Below are positions 8,034-17,879 of a stretch of DNA of 64,000 bases, piece after piece (positions within the stretch are counted from its first letter, which is position 1; each line of letters opens with the position of its first letter). Position numbers and translations under genes: made by a program. Location of the stretch: the NCBI GenBank assembly GCA_016867455.1, contig VGJJ01000001.1, forward strand, positions 3,337-67,336, in the 5' to 3' direction. The notes beneath the pieces were generated by a model that worked only from the letters and a program-made list of their open reading frames with translations, made no database searches and had not been told where the DNA came from. Source of the stretch: Candidatus Iainarchaeum sp. Lineage in GTDB: Archaea > Iainarchaeota > Iainarchaeia > Iainarchaeales > VGJJ01.

Positions 8034-11021
8034 TTATTCTGTCACTATTTCAGGCGCGGCCCGCAATCCAATGACGGAACTATTATTGCTGCTCTTGGCC
8101 ACCCCCACTATTCGGTCGGCGACTTTGACAATGCTATCATTGTGTGTAATGGAAATGAATTGCGAGGACTTGGACATTTCTCTAATCAACGCACCAATTT
8201 TTCTGGAATTATTCATGTCTAATGCCGCGTCCACTTCATCAAAGAAATAAAATGGCGCAGGCTCGTACAATTGTATAGCAAAAATGAACGCTAACGAAGT
8301 AAGTGACTTTTCCCCTCCGGACATAGAATCAATATTCTTCAGGCTTTTTTCCAAACCATGCTTGGCTTCGATGAGGAGTCCGGATTCCAGTGGTTTCGCT
8401 GGGTCCGTGAGTTCGAGTTTAGCGGTTCCATCAAAAAACCCGGTGTATATTTTGTTGAAATTCTCGCTTATTTTGTCAAATGTCCCCATGAATGTTTCAT
8501 TGCGCTTAGCATCAATGCTGTTAATCAAATCCAGCACCGCGAGTCTTTCCACGTCCAGTGTTTGAGACTTCTGCTTGATGTCCAATACATCTTTTTCATA
8601 CTGCGAAAAATCCTCCAGCGCCTTCATGTTGACGGTTCCTAATTGCCTGATTTCATGTTCAATCACCGGAATGCGCTTCTTCAATTCCAACGTGTCATTT
8701 TTTTCCAGTGTTTTGACTCCCTCAAAATTCTTCAATTCTTCGTTGACATCCGTTAAGCGTGTATCGTACTTGGATTGGTCAATCTTGATTTCATTCACCT
8801 GCCCTTCGATGCGAAACGCTTTTTCCTGCCATGCGCGCTCCTTTTCGCGTTCGCTGGTTATTTTTTGCCCCACCCTATCGCGCTTTTGGAGCAATGCTTG
8901 ATTGGCGTGAAGCATTCTATCATATTCTTGTTCCACTTGCGCGAGTTTTTTAATTAACTCTTCGCGCTTCTTTTCCTCTTGCTTTCGTGTTTCTTCCGTG
9001 TGTTTTTCTTCTTCTTTTACATGCTTCATTCTTGAGCTTGCTTGCACGAGCGCGTTATCGTGCACGCTTTTTTGGGTTTGGTATTGGAATAATTGCTTCT
9101 CGATGCGCGACTTTTCCTCGTTGAGCGAGTTAAGGGTTTGGTCCATCGTGGTTTGATTGAGTGCATCGCGGAGTTTATTGAGTTTTACTTCTAATACGTC
9201 GAGTGTTTTCTTTTCTTCAACCAATTTTTCTTCTAACTTTTTTCTTTCTCCGATTAATGAAACACTGCCCTCATCTTTTTCGCTCACTCTTGCTTTTTCC
9301 AACTCAGTAATGAGTATTTTTTCTTGTTTGGCATACTCGCTCATTTTTTCCTCGCTCACCGCGAGACGTTTCATGAGTGTTTCCGCGCGATGCAGTGCAT
9401 CCCATTCTTCGTGAAGTTTTTTCTTTTCTTCTTCCCATTTCTTTGCATGCAGGCGGGCTTCCTCAATGGCTTCCTTTTTTTGTTTAGCTAGTTCTTTTTT
9501 GTGCTCTTCCTTTAATTCGCGTTCGCAGATGGGGCAGTGGCTCTTGGTTTTTCCTAGTTGTGTCAAACTTTCCGTGTGCGCAAACACATGTCCATGGTGT
9601 TCAGCGACGTGGTGTTCAACTTCTTTCATTTCTTGTGAAATTTTTACCCGAGCTTTTTCTACATGGGGGTATTTTTTCTGGAGTTTCTCCAACTCTTCAA
9701 CATCATTCTTTAACAAACTAATTTCGCGTTTAACATTAACGATTTGCTTCTCTAATCGTTCACGCATGAGCTGAGTTAATTCATTGGAACGGCGGATGTT
9801 TTCCACTTTGGCATGAATATGGGCAATCTTTTCCCGAGTATGGGTCACCGTGTCGCGTGCGAATTGAACATCTTTCTCTATTTTTTGGGATTCGTTCAAT
9901 AATTCTACTTTTTTCTTGAGGGAATCGGCTTGCTTCTGGCGCAGAGGGGAGATTTTCCCCTCAATTTCAGCAAATTGGCTTTGCAACTGTTTGGATTCTT
10001 CATCTACTTTAACTATTCCTTCTTTGGCGTGCGTGGTGATGTGTTCAATTTCTTTTCTTGTATGAGTAAGTTCTTCTAGTTTTTGGGACGCGTGATGGAT
10101 GCGTTCTTCCGTGATGCGTATTTCGGATTTATTTTCTTCCACGCTCTTTCCCACGCTTTCGTACGCGTGGCTTTTAACGCCTAACACTTTTTGGTCTAAT
10201 TCCGTGAACTCTTTTTCCATTTCTTGAATAGCTTGTTGAGCGTCTTTTTGCTTGGTGATAGCCTCCTCTTTTTTTCCAATCAATTCCACTTGCCGCGTTA
10301 CAAGCCCTTCTAATTTCACATTCAACTCATGGGCTTCCGTGTGCAAGATAGTGGCTTTTGTTTCACGCAATTCTTTTTCGAGTTTTTTGAATTTGGATGC
10401 AATATCTCTTTCTTTCCCCAATTGTTCAATAATGGCCATGCGTTCGTTCAAAACAATGGTGACGTCTTTTACCTTTCGATCCACTTTTTCCAAGTCTTTT
10501 AGTGCCTCGTTTTTCTTTTCCTCAAATTCTTGCAGTCCCGCCACTTCATCAATGAGTTCTCTTCTCTCAATAGGATTCATGTCAATAATTCGCATGAGGT
10601 CTCCTTGCGAAACGAGATTGTGTCCATCCACGCGCAAACCTAGTTCATGCAGCAAATTCTGAATCTCTCCTAACGTGACTCGTTTTTCATTCAAACGATA
10701 CACGGATTTTCCCTGCTTGTCAATGGTGCGCGATAATTCATACGAGTTTTCTTTTCCTTGGAGAGTGAGATTAACCACTGCATAGTTTTCTCCCGCGGGG
10801 GCGCCGGAAAACACTAAGTCGGTTAAACGTGCGGCGCGGATGGATTTCAGGCTTGTTTCTCCCAATGCAAATAATACCGCGTCCATGATGTTGCTTTTTC
10901 CGCTGCCATTCGCTCCGGCAATGGCGGTAAATCCTTTCGTGAAGGGAATGGTGACGTTCTTGAATGATTTAAAATTTTTGAGACGAAGCTTGGTGAGCGT
11001 TAGTTCGGTTATTTCACTCAT
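8034..11021 (-). CDS. smc: Chromosome segregation protein Smc-family ATPase with central CPIC zinc hook and no recognisable hinge
   Basis: NFKSF, Walker A GANGSGKSN, Q-loop SQG, LGTVNMKA, signature MSGGEKSL, Walker B/D-loop FYFFDEVDAALD, QFISITH; long coiled coils. Confidence 0.9.
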   Translation of the reverse strand: MSEITELTLTKLRLKNFKSFKNVTIPFTKGFTAIAGANGSGKSNIMDAVLFALGETSLKSIRAARLTDLVFSGAPAGENYAVVNLTLQGKENSYELSRTIDKQGKSVYRLNEKRVTLGEIQNLLHELGLRVDGHNLVSQGDLMRIIDMNPIERRELIDEVAGLQEFEEKKNEALKDLEKVDRKVKDVTIVLNERMAIIEQLGKERDIASKFKKLEKELRETKATILHTEAHELNVKLEGLVTRQVELIGKKEEAITKQKDAQQAIQEMEKEFTELDQKVLGVKSHAYESVGKSVEENKSEIRITEERIHHASQKLEELTHTRKEIEHITTHAKEGIVKVDEESKQLQSQFAEIEGKISPLRQKQADSLKKKVELLNESQKIEKDVQFARDTVTHTREKIAHIHAKVENIRRSNELTQLMRERLEKQIVNVKREISLLKNDVEELEKLQKKYPHVEKARVKISQEMKEVEHHVAEHHGHVFAHTESLTQLGKTKSHCPICERELKEEHKKELAKQKKEAIEEARLHAKKWEEEKKKLHEEWDALHRAETLMKRLAVSEEKMSEYAKQEKILITELEKARVSEKDEGSVSLIGERKKLEEKLVEEKKTLDVLEVKLNKLRDALNQTTMDQTLNSLNEEKSRIEKQLFQYQTQKSVHDNALVQASSRMKHVKEEEKHTEETRKQEEKKREELIKKLAQVEQEYDRMLHANQALLQKRDRVGQKITSEREKERAWQEKAFRIEGQVNEIKIDQSKYDTRLTDVNEELKNFEGVKTLEKNDTLELKKRIPVIEHEIRQLGTVNMKALEDFSQYEKDVLDIKQKSQTLDVERLAVLDLINSIDAKRNETFMGTFDKISENFNKIYTGFFDGTAKLELTDPAKPLESGLLIEAKHGLEKSLKNIDSMSGGEKSLTSLAFIFAIQLYEPAPFYFFDEVDAALDMNNSRKIGALIREMSKSSQFISITHNDSIVKVADRIVGVAKSSNNSSVIGLRAAPEIVTE

Positions 11022-11035
11022 TTTTGATCATCTCA

Positions 11036-11830
11036 TTATTTTTTTCTCCGCGCGTGGCGCGTAATGTTTGGCGCAAGTGGTTCCGGCGCCGCCAATGCGA
11101 GCACGGTTCCGGAATAAAATAATCCAATGGATGAGAACACGAATAAAATAATAGTGAGAATGGTTTCATCTTCAATATTCTGTGTAATTAGTTCGCCCGC
11201 TCCTTGAATGATAGTTGTTATTAGCAGCATTAGAAATAGGAGCACGAGCACGTGCACTAATTTTCCTCGCGTGGCATTCCATGATTGCGCTAACGCATCT
11301 TTGGGCAGGAGTCCCATTCCTAAATAGGTGGGTGCGAATGAAAATTTGAGTATGCTCAACGCAATAATTAATCCTGCAATCGCATTGAATACGGTTGCCA
11401 TGAGGGTGAGTATTCCCCCGCTGATGGATAATTCATTCACTGCACGCAGCACGACAAACAATCCCAGAAGCATGGCGATGAATACGATGGCAAATGCCGC
11501 GCACGAAGATAGGAGGGAATTTTTATTCGTTGAGAGTACGTTCATTCGGCGCGAAACAATGCTCATACTATAGAGCGAGAAAAACAAGCTCCCAAACAAG
11601 AGTAGTAGGGCGCGTGCTAGGAGCAGGGTGTCTGTGGAGTAAAGGAGCGTGTCCCCGCCCCCTTGCGTGAATGCATTGTAAATATCCCCATTCAGGAGGT
11701 ATAATACCCCGTGTATTCCGGTGAGAGCGAGAATAATCCCATACGTGGGGAGGTATTTCAGCATCTGCCCCGGTGCGCGAATAATAGACGATAGCATGTC
11801 ATTAACCCTCAGCGTGGGCACCCAACCCAT
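11036..11830 (-). CDS. Polytopic membrane protein, unknown function
   Basis: About 6 hydrophobic helices; ALAQSWNATRGK motif typical of small membrane families; co-oriented directly upstream of smc. Confidence 0.65.
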   Translation of the reverse strand: MGWVPTLRVNDMLSSIIRAPGQMLKYLPTYGIILALTGIHGVLYLLNGDIYNAFTQGGGDTLLYSTDTLLLARALLLLFGSLFFSLYSMSIVSRRMNVLSTNKNSLLSSCAAFAIVFIAMLLGLFVVLRAVNELSISGGILTLMATVFNAIAGLIIALSILKFSFAPTYLGMGLLPKDALAQSWNATRGKLVHVLVLLFLMLLITTIIQGAGELITQNIEDETILTIILFVFSSIGLFYSGTVLALAAPEPLAPNITRHARRKK

Positions 11831-11860
11831 CCTTTGGACGAATTTGCTGTTTTTAAGGCA

Positions 11861-11952
11861 GGCCGGTAACCTCCGGCCGCGCAGACAGACTACTATCGAG
11901 GGGTCTTCGACCCCTCACACCGGTTTTTGATCGAACTTTTGGCAAAAGTTCG
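11861..11952 (+). repeat. Multi-hairpin cassette upstream of L44e
   Basis: GGCCGG-TAACCT-CCGGCC hairpin, AGACTACT, GAGGGGTC-TTC-GACCCCTC hairpin, TTTTGATCGAACTTTT-GGC-AAAAGTTCG; flanked by TTTTTAAG at 11850-11857 and 11959-11966. Confidence 0.8.
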
Positions 11953-12002
11953 GGTGGCTTTTTAAGTGTTTTCCATGCGTTTTTCATAGTGCGTGAACCC
12001 GT

Positions 12003-12284
12003 ATGAAGATGCCTAAAACCAAGAAATTATACTGTAAGAAGTGTAATTCTCACACCGAACAAAAACTCAAATTGTTTAAATCCGGCCAAGCCCGCGCCAT
12101 GGCAATAGGAACGCGTCGAAATGTTCGAAAGCACAAGAAAGGTTTTGGTGGAAAGGCCAAGTTTGTGATTAAAGTCAAGAAGCAAACTAAGAAACCCGCT
12201 TTCGTAGCCGAATGCCCCACCTGTAAAAGCAAGCGCTACTACGTCATTCCCAAGCGAATGAAAAAAGTAGATATGGGCGCATAA
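12003..12284 (+). CDS. rpl44e: 50S ribosomal protein L44e (eL42)
   Basis: MKMPKTKKLYCKKCNSHTE...KKGFGGK...KKQTKK...ECPTC; two CxxC, Lys-rich; archaeal/eukaryotic family. Confidence 0.93.
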   Translation: MKMPKTKKLYCKKCNSHTEQKLKLFKSGQARAMAIGTRRNVRKHKKGFGGKAKFVIKVKKQTKKPAFVAECPTCKSKRYYVIPKRMKKVDMGA

Positions 12285-12436
12285 TCGGGTTTTGATCAAA
12301 CTTCATGGCATCCCAAAAGGTTTGTCATGCCAGCAAACATTGTTTGCTTGGTTCTCAAAAGTTTGATGGACATGGGCGCATAAGGTCGTTTTTTCCCCAG
12401 GCTTTTTGAAAAAGGCTGGTGGGTATGGGCGCATAA
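12273..12436 (+). repeat. Three direct copies of the L44e 3' end (ATGGGCGCATAA) separated by hairpin cassettes
   Basis: Copies at 12273-12284, 12372-12383 and 12425-12436; spacers contain TTTTGATCAAACTT...AAAAGTTTG and CCAGGCTTTTT-G-AAAAAGGCTGG. Confidence 0.85.
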
Positions 12437-12480
12437 AATTAATTTTAGTGGTATTGAAATTCAACACCACGTCAACTTTT

Positions 12481-12993
12481 TCAAATAAATATTTTGTATA
12501 TTCCAATCATTATTCCGTGGAAAAAATCCTTCGAAACGATTTTGATTCGGCCATCCTTAATGTATTGAGGCAAAGCTGCCTCAAATCCCAATTTTTCTCG
12601 GCTTTCTTCGTATGTTGCAGCGTCTAAATCTATTTCCATGGTTGAATTGGAGAGTTCTCCTAATGTGAATGAGCGAACTTCTTCATCTTTTATCACAATA
12701 CCAAATTGTTTGGTGATAGATGGAGTAACTTTAAAGTTCACTTGAATACGCTGATTATTCAATATTGACTTGACGGGCCATGAAAACGATTGAAATCGCT
12801 GAGAGATTTCTATAAACCCATAATCATATTTTTGCACATCAATTAGGTTTCCTTGGCTATCAAACAAATTATCGATACTCGAAGACCATGAAGCCCATTG
12901 CTCGACTTCCTCAGAAGTTAGTGCGTGCACGGCAGTCACACTGGCAACCAAAAATAAACTAACCAAAATTATTCCAAAATACATTTTATCCAT
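12481..12993 (-). CDS. Secreted hypothetical protein, paralog of 5151-5675
   Basis: Signal peptide; FDSQGNL...PVKSILNNQRIQVN...GIV...SFT...DAAT...GRI. Confidence 0.65.
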   Translation of the reverse strand: MDKMYFGIILVSLFLVASVTAVHALTSEEVEQWASWSSSIDNLFDSQGNLIDVQKYDYGFIEISQRFQSFSWPVKSILNNQRIQVNFKVTPSITKQFGIVIKDEEVRSFTLGELSNSTMEIDLDAATYEESREKLGFEAALPQYIKDGRIKIVSKDFFHGIMIGIYKIFI

Positions 12994-13006
12994 ATTTTCA
13001 TCTCCT

Positions 13007-15439
13007 TCATTTTTTCATTTCATTTAATCGTTTTTGTTCAAGGGTAAAATGGTCGATATACGCATTCGCACATACCCTATTGTCAGGCTCGCTTGGAATT
13101 CTCATGCGGCTGCACCACTCTTGAGCCGATGATTCAAGTTGAGGAGCCCCTTCTTCAACTGGTTCTTCCCCTTCCCACGGGTCAATGGGTGGGTTATTGG
13201 GGAAAAAGTATGGAACAATTGGATAATACCAACCACAATCAATTCCCGGGTAGTAATATCCAGTAAATGCTTGGGTTGAGGGAAGCGTGTCGTAATTTCC
13301 GCACTGTTGCGTGTTCAAATTGCATGTTTTGTATGGACATTGACTATCTTGCGTGCACGTAAATAATGGCGGAGCACTACTTGGTGGAATAGTAATCGTC
13401 CCCGAAACACCACCCCAATAATTTCCAACAGGAGAAAATGTATTCGGATAAGACATATACAAATATTCAGTTGAACCCACCCCTCGTATGAGTGGAGCGT
13501 CCTCGTAACATTGACACGTATTCGATGTCGCGTTCCCAATCAATCCTGGTGCGCATTCACACAGATTAGTGGTTGCGTTGCATGTTGAATCTCCATTGAA
13601 TGCCCACGAAAAACCGCACTCATTATCGTACGTGCAAGCCGTATTGTACTTGCAGTGATACTGATTGTAAGACGCTGCAAACGCAGCTTCGTCCCATTGA
13701 TCTTCATACGTGTTTTTTCCCGTATCCGATGCTTGCGGGTTCTGCATATTGGCATAAATATTGTTGGCAAAAAAACCGCCGCCGTAAAGGCCGTCAATTT
13801 TGACGCCTTGTCTGGCATTATTGAATATGTGATTATTTGAAATGCGGGCCACATACTCCCACGGCGTGTTGGGTAAAACATTGATGAAATTCAACTCTAA
13901 ACCAGTTGAACCATTATTGATAATTCTATTTTTTGAAATATCCTCAATACTCATTGGGGTTGAAATAGTTGGATACCCATCATAAAAAAATCCTTGTTGA
14001 GCGTTATTCGAAAAATCATTGCATAAAACGTCTGATAGTGTATTTTGTGCTGTGTTGCTTGCGTAAAAGCCTCTTTCTCCATTGTTATTAACTTGATTCA
14101 AGAATGTATTTCGTGCGATACTGTAATCAAGATGTACGCCGTTTTTTCCATTCGCGGAAATAGTATTCTTGTAGAGGAAACGATAGGCCCCAGAATATCC
14201 TCCAGTTTCTCCAACTAATACTCCTTCTTCGATATTATTTTGGATAGTATTTTCTAGCACATCAGTAGAAAATCCCCCTTCCCGTAAAAATAGTCCAGTT
14301 TTATTATTTGTAATAGTATTTTGTTGAATAACAGTGTACTCTTCAAACTTATTGGTGAATGGTACTGAAGCATAGGCGGGTGTTGCACCCAAGAGAACAC
14401 CTATACCCTGTGTGCCATTCCCAGCCGTAATTATATTTTCTTTAATTAGAGTAGAATGCCAGTATTGCTGTGACAACTGAAAATAAAATACAGAATACCC
14501 TTGTAAAATAATTCCTGCTTTGGCATTGCCGCGAATGGTATTTTTGAGTATTTGAACGCCGCTGTTAAAGTATTCCTGCAAATATCCGTATGGATTATTT
14601 TCAGAACCTGTAAAAATTGCTTGGGCCTGAATACCTGCCGTATTTTTTTCTATCCTGTTTTCAGAAATTTCAGTATCAAGGCCATATGTCTCGATTCCGA
14701 TGCCATTTTCTCGAATAGTAGCGCGAGTAATTTTCTGATTCTTTCCTACAGTTGGGATGCTGCACAGAATGGGCCCTCCATTTTGTCCTGTTGAACAAAC
14801 ACTATTGGGGAAAGTGAAATTGGAAGGATACACTCCTACTAAGATGCCTGTTGAATTTTTTGAAATAATTCCGCCGCTAATTAGACTGTTACTTCCTTGA
14901 AGTTCAAAACCATTCGTAGTATTCTTCACCACATTATCTTGATACAAATTATTCGACGATTGTGGTTCTTCAAAAATTCCCGTTTGCGCTCCATCAATCG
15001 TGTTTTGAATCACGCGCATATTTTTATTCGCTGAGAGTGAAACAGCATTCAAAAATTTTCCTTGAAAGGCGCACTTTTCAATGGACGCACCATCTCCAAT
15101 GAGTTTTACCCCGTCGAAAAGATACGGCGACGCGCCCCCATAAATCAAATTGACGCCGCTCTGACATTTCAACGCGGAATTGGCTGAAACACTGATGGGC
15201 GAGGTTAGCGTGTAGGTTCCCGTGCATAAAACATGTGTTCCATTCACAGTAGTGGGAAGAACATATGTACACGCGGGAGTGGGGGGAGGAGCCGCTACAC
15301 GAGTCCCCGTTGGAGTGGCTGAAGAAATAGATAACTGCGTCACATTTCCCGTGTTCACTAAACTAGAAACAAAAAGAAACGCAAACGCGAACACGAGCAC
15401 GGTCAAAATAGCTCCCTGCATGCGCGTGTCTGCTTTCAT
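13007..15439 (-). CDS. Secreted right-handed parallel beta-helix (NosD/PbH1-type) protein with Cys-rich C-terminal modules
   Basis: N-terminal TM/signal; repeated I..N.I..N...GI motifs; GNYWG; Cys-rich segments (CTYDNEC...CNATTNLCEC, CTQDSQC...CNLNTQQC); ATG at 15439 preferred. Confidence 0.8.
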   Translation of the reverse strand: MKADTRMQGAILTVLVFAFAFLFVSSLVNTGNVTQLSISSATPTGTRVAAPPPTPACTYVLPTTVNGTHVLCTGTYTLTSPISVSANSALKCQSGVNLIYGGASPYLFDGVKLIGDGASIEKCAFQGKFLNAVSLSANKNMRVIQNTIDGAQTGIFEEPQSSNNLYQDNVVKNTTNGFELQGSNSLISGGIISKNSTGILVGVYPSNFTFPNSVCSTGQNGGPILCSIPTVGKNQKITRATIRENGIGIETYGLDTEISENRIEKNTAGIQAQAIFTGSENNPYGYLQEYFNSGVQILKNTIRGNAKAGIILQGYSVFYFQLSQQYWHSTLIKENIITAGNGTQGIGVLLGATPAYASVPFTNKFEEYTVIQQNTITNNKTGLFLREGGFSTDVLENTIQNNIEEGVLVGETGGYSGAYRFLYKNTISANGKNGVHLDYSIARNTFLNQVNNNGERGFYASNTAQNTLSDVLCNDFSNNAQQGFFYDGYPTISTPMSIEDISKNRIINNGSTGLELNFINVLPNTPWEYVARISNNHIFNNARQGVKIDGLYGGGFFANNIYANMQNPQASDTGKNTYEDQWDEAAFAASYNQYHCKYNTACTYDNECGFSWAFNGDSTCNATTNLCECAPGLIGNATSNTCQCYEDAPLIRGVGSTEYLYMSYPNTFSPVGNYWGGVSGTITIPPSSAPPLFTCTQDSQCPYKTCNLNTQQCGNYDTLPSTQAFTGYYYPGIDCGWYYPIVPYFFPNNPPIDPWEGEEPVEEGAPQLESSAQEWCSRMRIPSEPDNRVCANAYIDHFTLEQKRLNEMKK

Positions 15440-15551
15440 GTGGTGAAAAAATCGTTCAAGAATTAAAAGACAGACACCCGCGAAACAAGGCAAAACACCC
15501 CCAATTCCCGCCACCACGCCCCTTTTTATTCCCCAAACGCATGCTTAACGC

Positions 15552-16601
15552 ATGACCTCCAAAACGAGTATTTTGTTAATAGTTTCTCAAAATCCGGGGA
15601 TTGATTACCAGGCATTATTGTCCAAGATTGCACCCAATTATGCTAATCTTAATTCCGCCCGCGCGGCTCTTTCCCGTGTCCTCAAAGATGCGGTCTCTTT
15701 TGGAATGGTGGCCAAGCAGAATCACCAGCTCTTTTTGACGGACAAAGGCAGTGCCTCGTTGAAAGTCAAGATGCACGATAAACTGGTGTTAAAACTCAAC
15801 CAATTAATGAATATTCGTTCCGTGGCCAGCAACCCCGATCCATTGGTACAGCATCTTTCTGTTTTACTCGAGCGCGGAAAAAGCGACCCGCGCTTATTTG
15901 ACAACGCCCGGGCGTCCGTCAATTTTTCAGTGGATGACGTGCTAAAAGTCCACGAGGGAGTGAAGCAGAACATTAAGCATTTGGAATACTTGGAGAAAAC
16001 GCTCGAAAATCAATTGTCCTCGTTGCGCGAACTCAATTTTCCCGGAGAAAGAGTCAAACACTTGTCCGCGTTCCACGAACACATTCCTCGATTGATTAAG
16101 GAATCATCCGCGGAAGAAATTCAAGTGGAACATTCCCAAGTGGATTTTTCCACGCAAACTAGCCATTCGCTCGTGCAGGGACTTTCTCCTATTTCCAAGG
16201 GAAGTCGCGCTGCGATTAATGCCCACCATTTGGGGGAGTTAACCACCCGCTTTTCTAATCAAAGTGATTTGGAAAACTTGCGCGTGTACATGGGTTTTTT
16301 TACCCTGGATTATTCCCCGCACCAAGTAAGTATTCGGGGGCCCTCGCAATTATTGGACAAGTTGGAAATAACCAACGACACTCGTTCCAGTGAGAATGTT
16401 AGCAGCACCGCTCCCGTGAGCGAACCAGGAGTGGTGACTAAAAGTAATTCGAGAAGCGAAAAGACAGTAGTCGAGGGAGATTATGCGGTTACTCTCCCAA
16501 CATTTCCCCTGCCGGAAATGCCATTGTATATTTCAGCGAGCGAAAATAAGTATCGCGACAACGTGTTTACGCCCGATGAGAATTCGGAAAAACGATTATG
16601 A
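15552..16601 (+). CDS. Hypothetical protein with N-terminal winged-HTH and coiled coil
   Basis: ILLIVSQNPGI...ALSRVLKDAVSFGMV...LFLTDKG is a wHTH-like pattern; low-complexity C-terminus. Confidence 0.6.
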   Translation: MTSKTSILLIVSQNPGIDYQALLSKIAPNYANLNSARAALSRVLKDAVSFGMVAKQNHQLFLTDKGSASLKVKMHDKLVLKLNQLMNIRSVASNPDPLVQHLSVLLERGKSDPRLFDNARASVNFSVDDVLKVHEGVKQNIKHLEYLEKTLENQLSSLRELNFPGERVKHLSAFHEHIPRLIKESSAEEIQVEHSQVDFSTQTSHSLVQGLSPISKGSRAAINAHHLGELTTRFSNQSDLENLRVYMGFFTLDYSPHQVSIRGPSQLLDKLEITNDTRSSENVSSTAPVSEPGVVTKSNSRSEKTVVEGDYAVTLPTFPLPEMPLYISASENKYRDNVFTPDENSEKRL

Positions 16602-17831
16602 TGTGGCGCCTAATGCGCTCTGCAATTTGAGTTGTGCCGCTGCAAAATTTCCCTGCTGAGCGTCTCCGGATGCGAGGGCGATTGTTTTTTGCATTCCCCT
16701 CAGTTGAGCGTCGTACGCCATCGAATCTGATACTGCTTTCAGCCAAGGAGCTAGCCAGAATGCTCTTCCTGCGTTGAGCGTCCAATATTCCATGTTATCT
16801 TCCACTAGTTTCAATTGATGAGTAATGATTTGATGACGCTTTTCAACGGGCCAATCCATCATCTCACGCAAAACAGATGCTTTGACAATAAAATTTCTCG
16901 CGTAGCGGACGTATATCCATTGCTTCAGCGTGGACAAGCGATAAAGTGCTCCCTTTTCGTTTGAAATTATTTCGCGGCTAATTTCATCATACAATCGTGC
17001 CAATTGTTTTCCTTCCGGAGTGGGAGTATGTTTTTCGAGCAGTTCATAATTTGCTGCCCGCGCTTGAAATGAGTGAGATATTTTTTCCCTATTTTCGCGC
17101 GAAAGTTCTCCGCGCCGAAGTTCACTCATCAAGCGGGTGGCTTCCTCTATTCGCTCAACACCTAATTGTCGGTGCCTCTGGCTCTCGTGCACGGCTAACT
17201 TGACATCGCGCACAATGCGCGGGCGCTGCCGGTTGAGCGCACTCAGACGAATGCCTAAATCATTAAACACGCCCCACAATTGGTTGACGAATGCAGGGCT
17301 GTTTCCTTCTTCTAATAATTCCGCTGCTCGAAGCAGTTTGGCTTGCGCGCCGCGCTTGGATTCTTTTCGCAGCCGCTTTCCCATTCCTCCAGCAATGGTT
17401 GTTAATAGTTCGACTAATTTTTTTCTCGCCGGACCCGCGGGAACGCCGCGCTGAATGAACATGTTGTGCATTTTTTGCACGCGCGTGGCGAGGCTTTCTA
17501 AATTCAAGTATTCGGCTGCCACGTTTTGGGAAATGTGTTTTTGTCTCCGCTCGAGTGTTGAGAAGCCCCATATGGTTGCCTTTCCCTCTTGCATGAGCTG
17601 CCCAAGTTCATGTCCTAATGTTTTGTAGCGCGGCCACTCAATTTTTCCCGCGGGAGAAATACTGACTCCTATTCGTGTAAGAACCATTGGAACAGCCGGC
17701 CGCGATACAATCAATTCTCCCCTTCGATAGGGCAATTCCATTCCGGGTTCGCGCTTAGTAAAACGGAGCGGTCGGCGGGGTGGTTTTCGCCCTCCTTTTC
17801 CGTTGGATGGAGATAGTGCCATTCCTTTCAT
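16596..17831 (-). CDS. Arg-rich, largely helical hypothetical protein
   Basis: 411-aa ORF with no competing long ORF; no family recognised. Confidence 0.6.
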   Translation of the reverse strand: MKGMALSPSNGKGGRKPPRRPLRFTKREPGMELPYRRGELIVSRPAVPMVLTRIGVSISPAGKIEWPRYKTLGHELGQLMQEGKATIWGFSTLERRQKHISQNVAAEYLNLESLATRVQKMHNMFIQRGVPAGPARKKLVELLTTIAGGMGKRLRKESKRGAQAKLLRAAELLEEGNSPAFVNQLWGVFNDLGIRLSALNRQRPRIVRDVKLAVHESQRHRQLGVERIEEATRLMSELRRGELSRENREKISHSFQARAANYELLEKHTPTPEGKQLARLYDEISREIISNEKGALYRLSTLKQWIYVRYARNFIVKASVLREMMDWPVEKRHQIITHQLKLVEDNMEYWTLNAGRAFWLAPWLKAVSDSMAYDAQLRGMQKTIALASGDAQQGNFAAAQLKLQSALGATS

Positions 17832-17879
17832 TCGTCATCCGTGTTTAAATGGATTCTTCCACGAGGAATAGTATATTGG

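Noticed and set aside
11861-11952. Known ncRNA (SRP, RNase P, riboswitch or r-protein leader)
   Set aside because: No diagnostic motifs recognised; it shares modules with the cassettes at 17880 and 22557, so it is treated as a repeat
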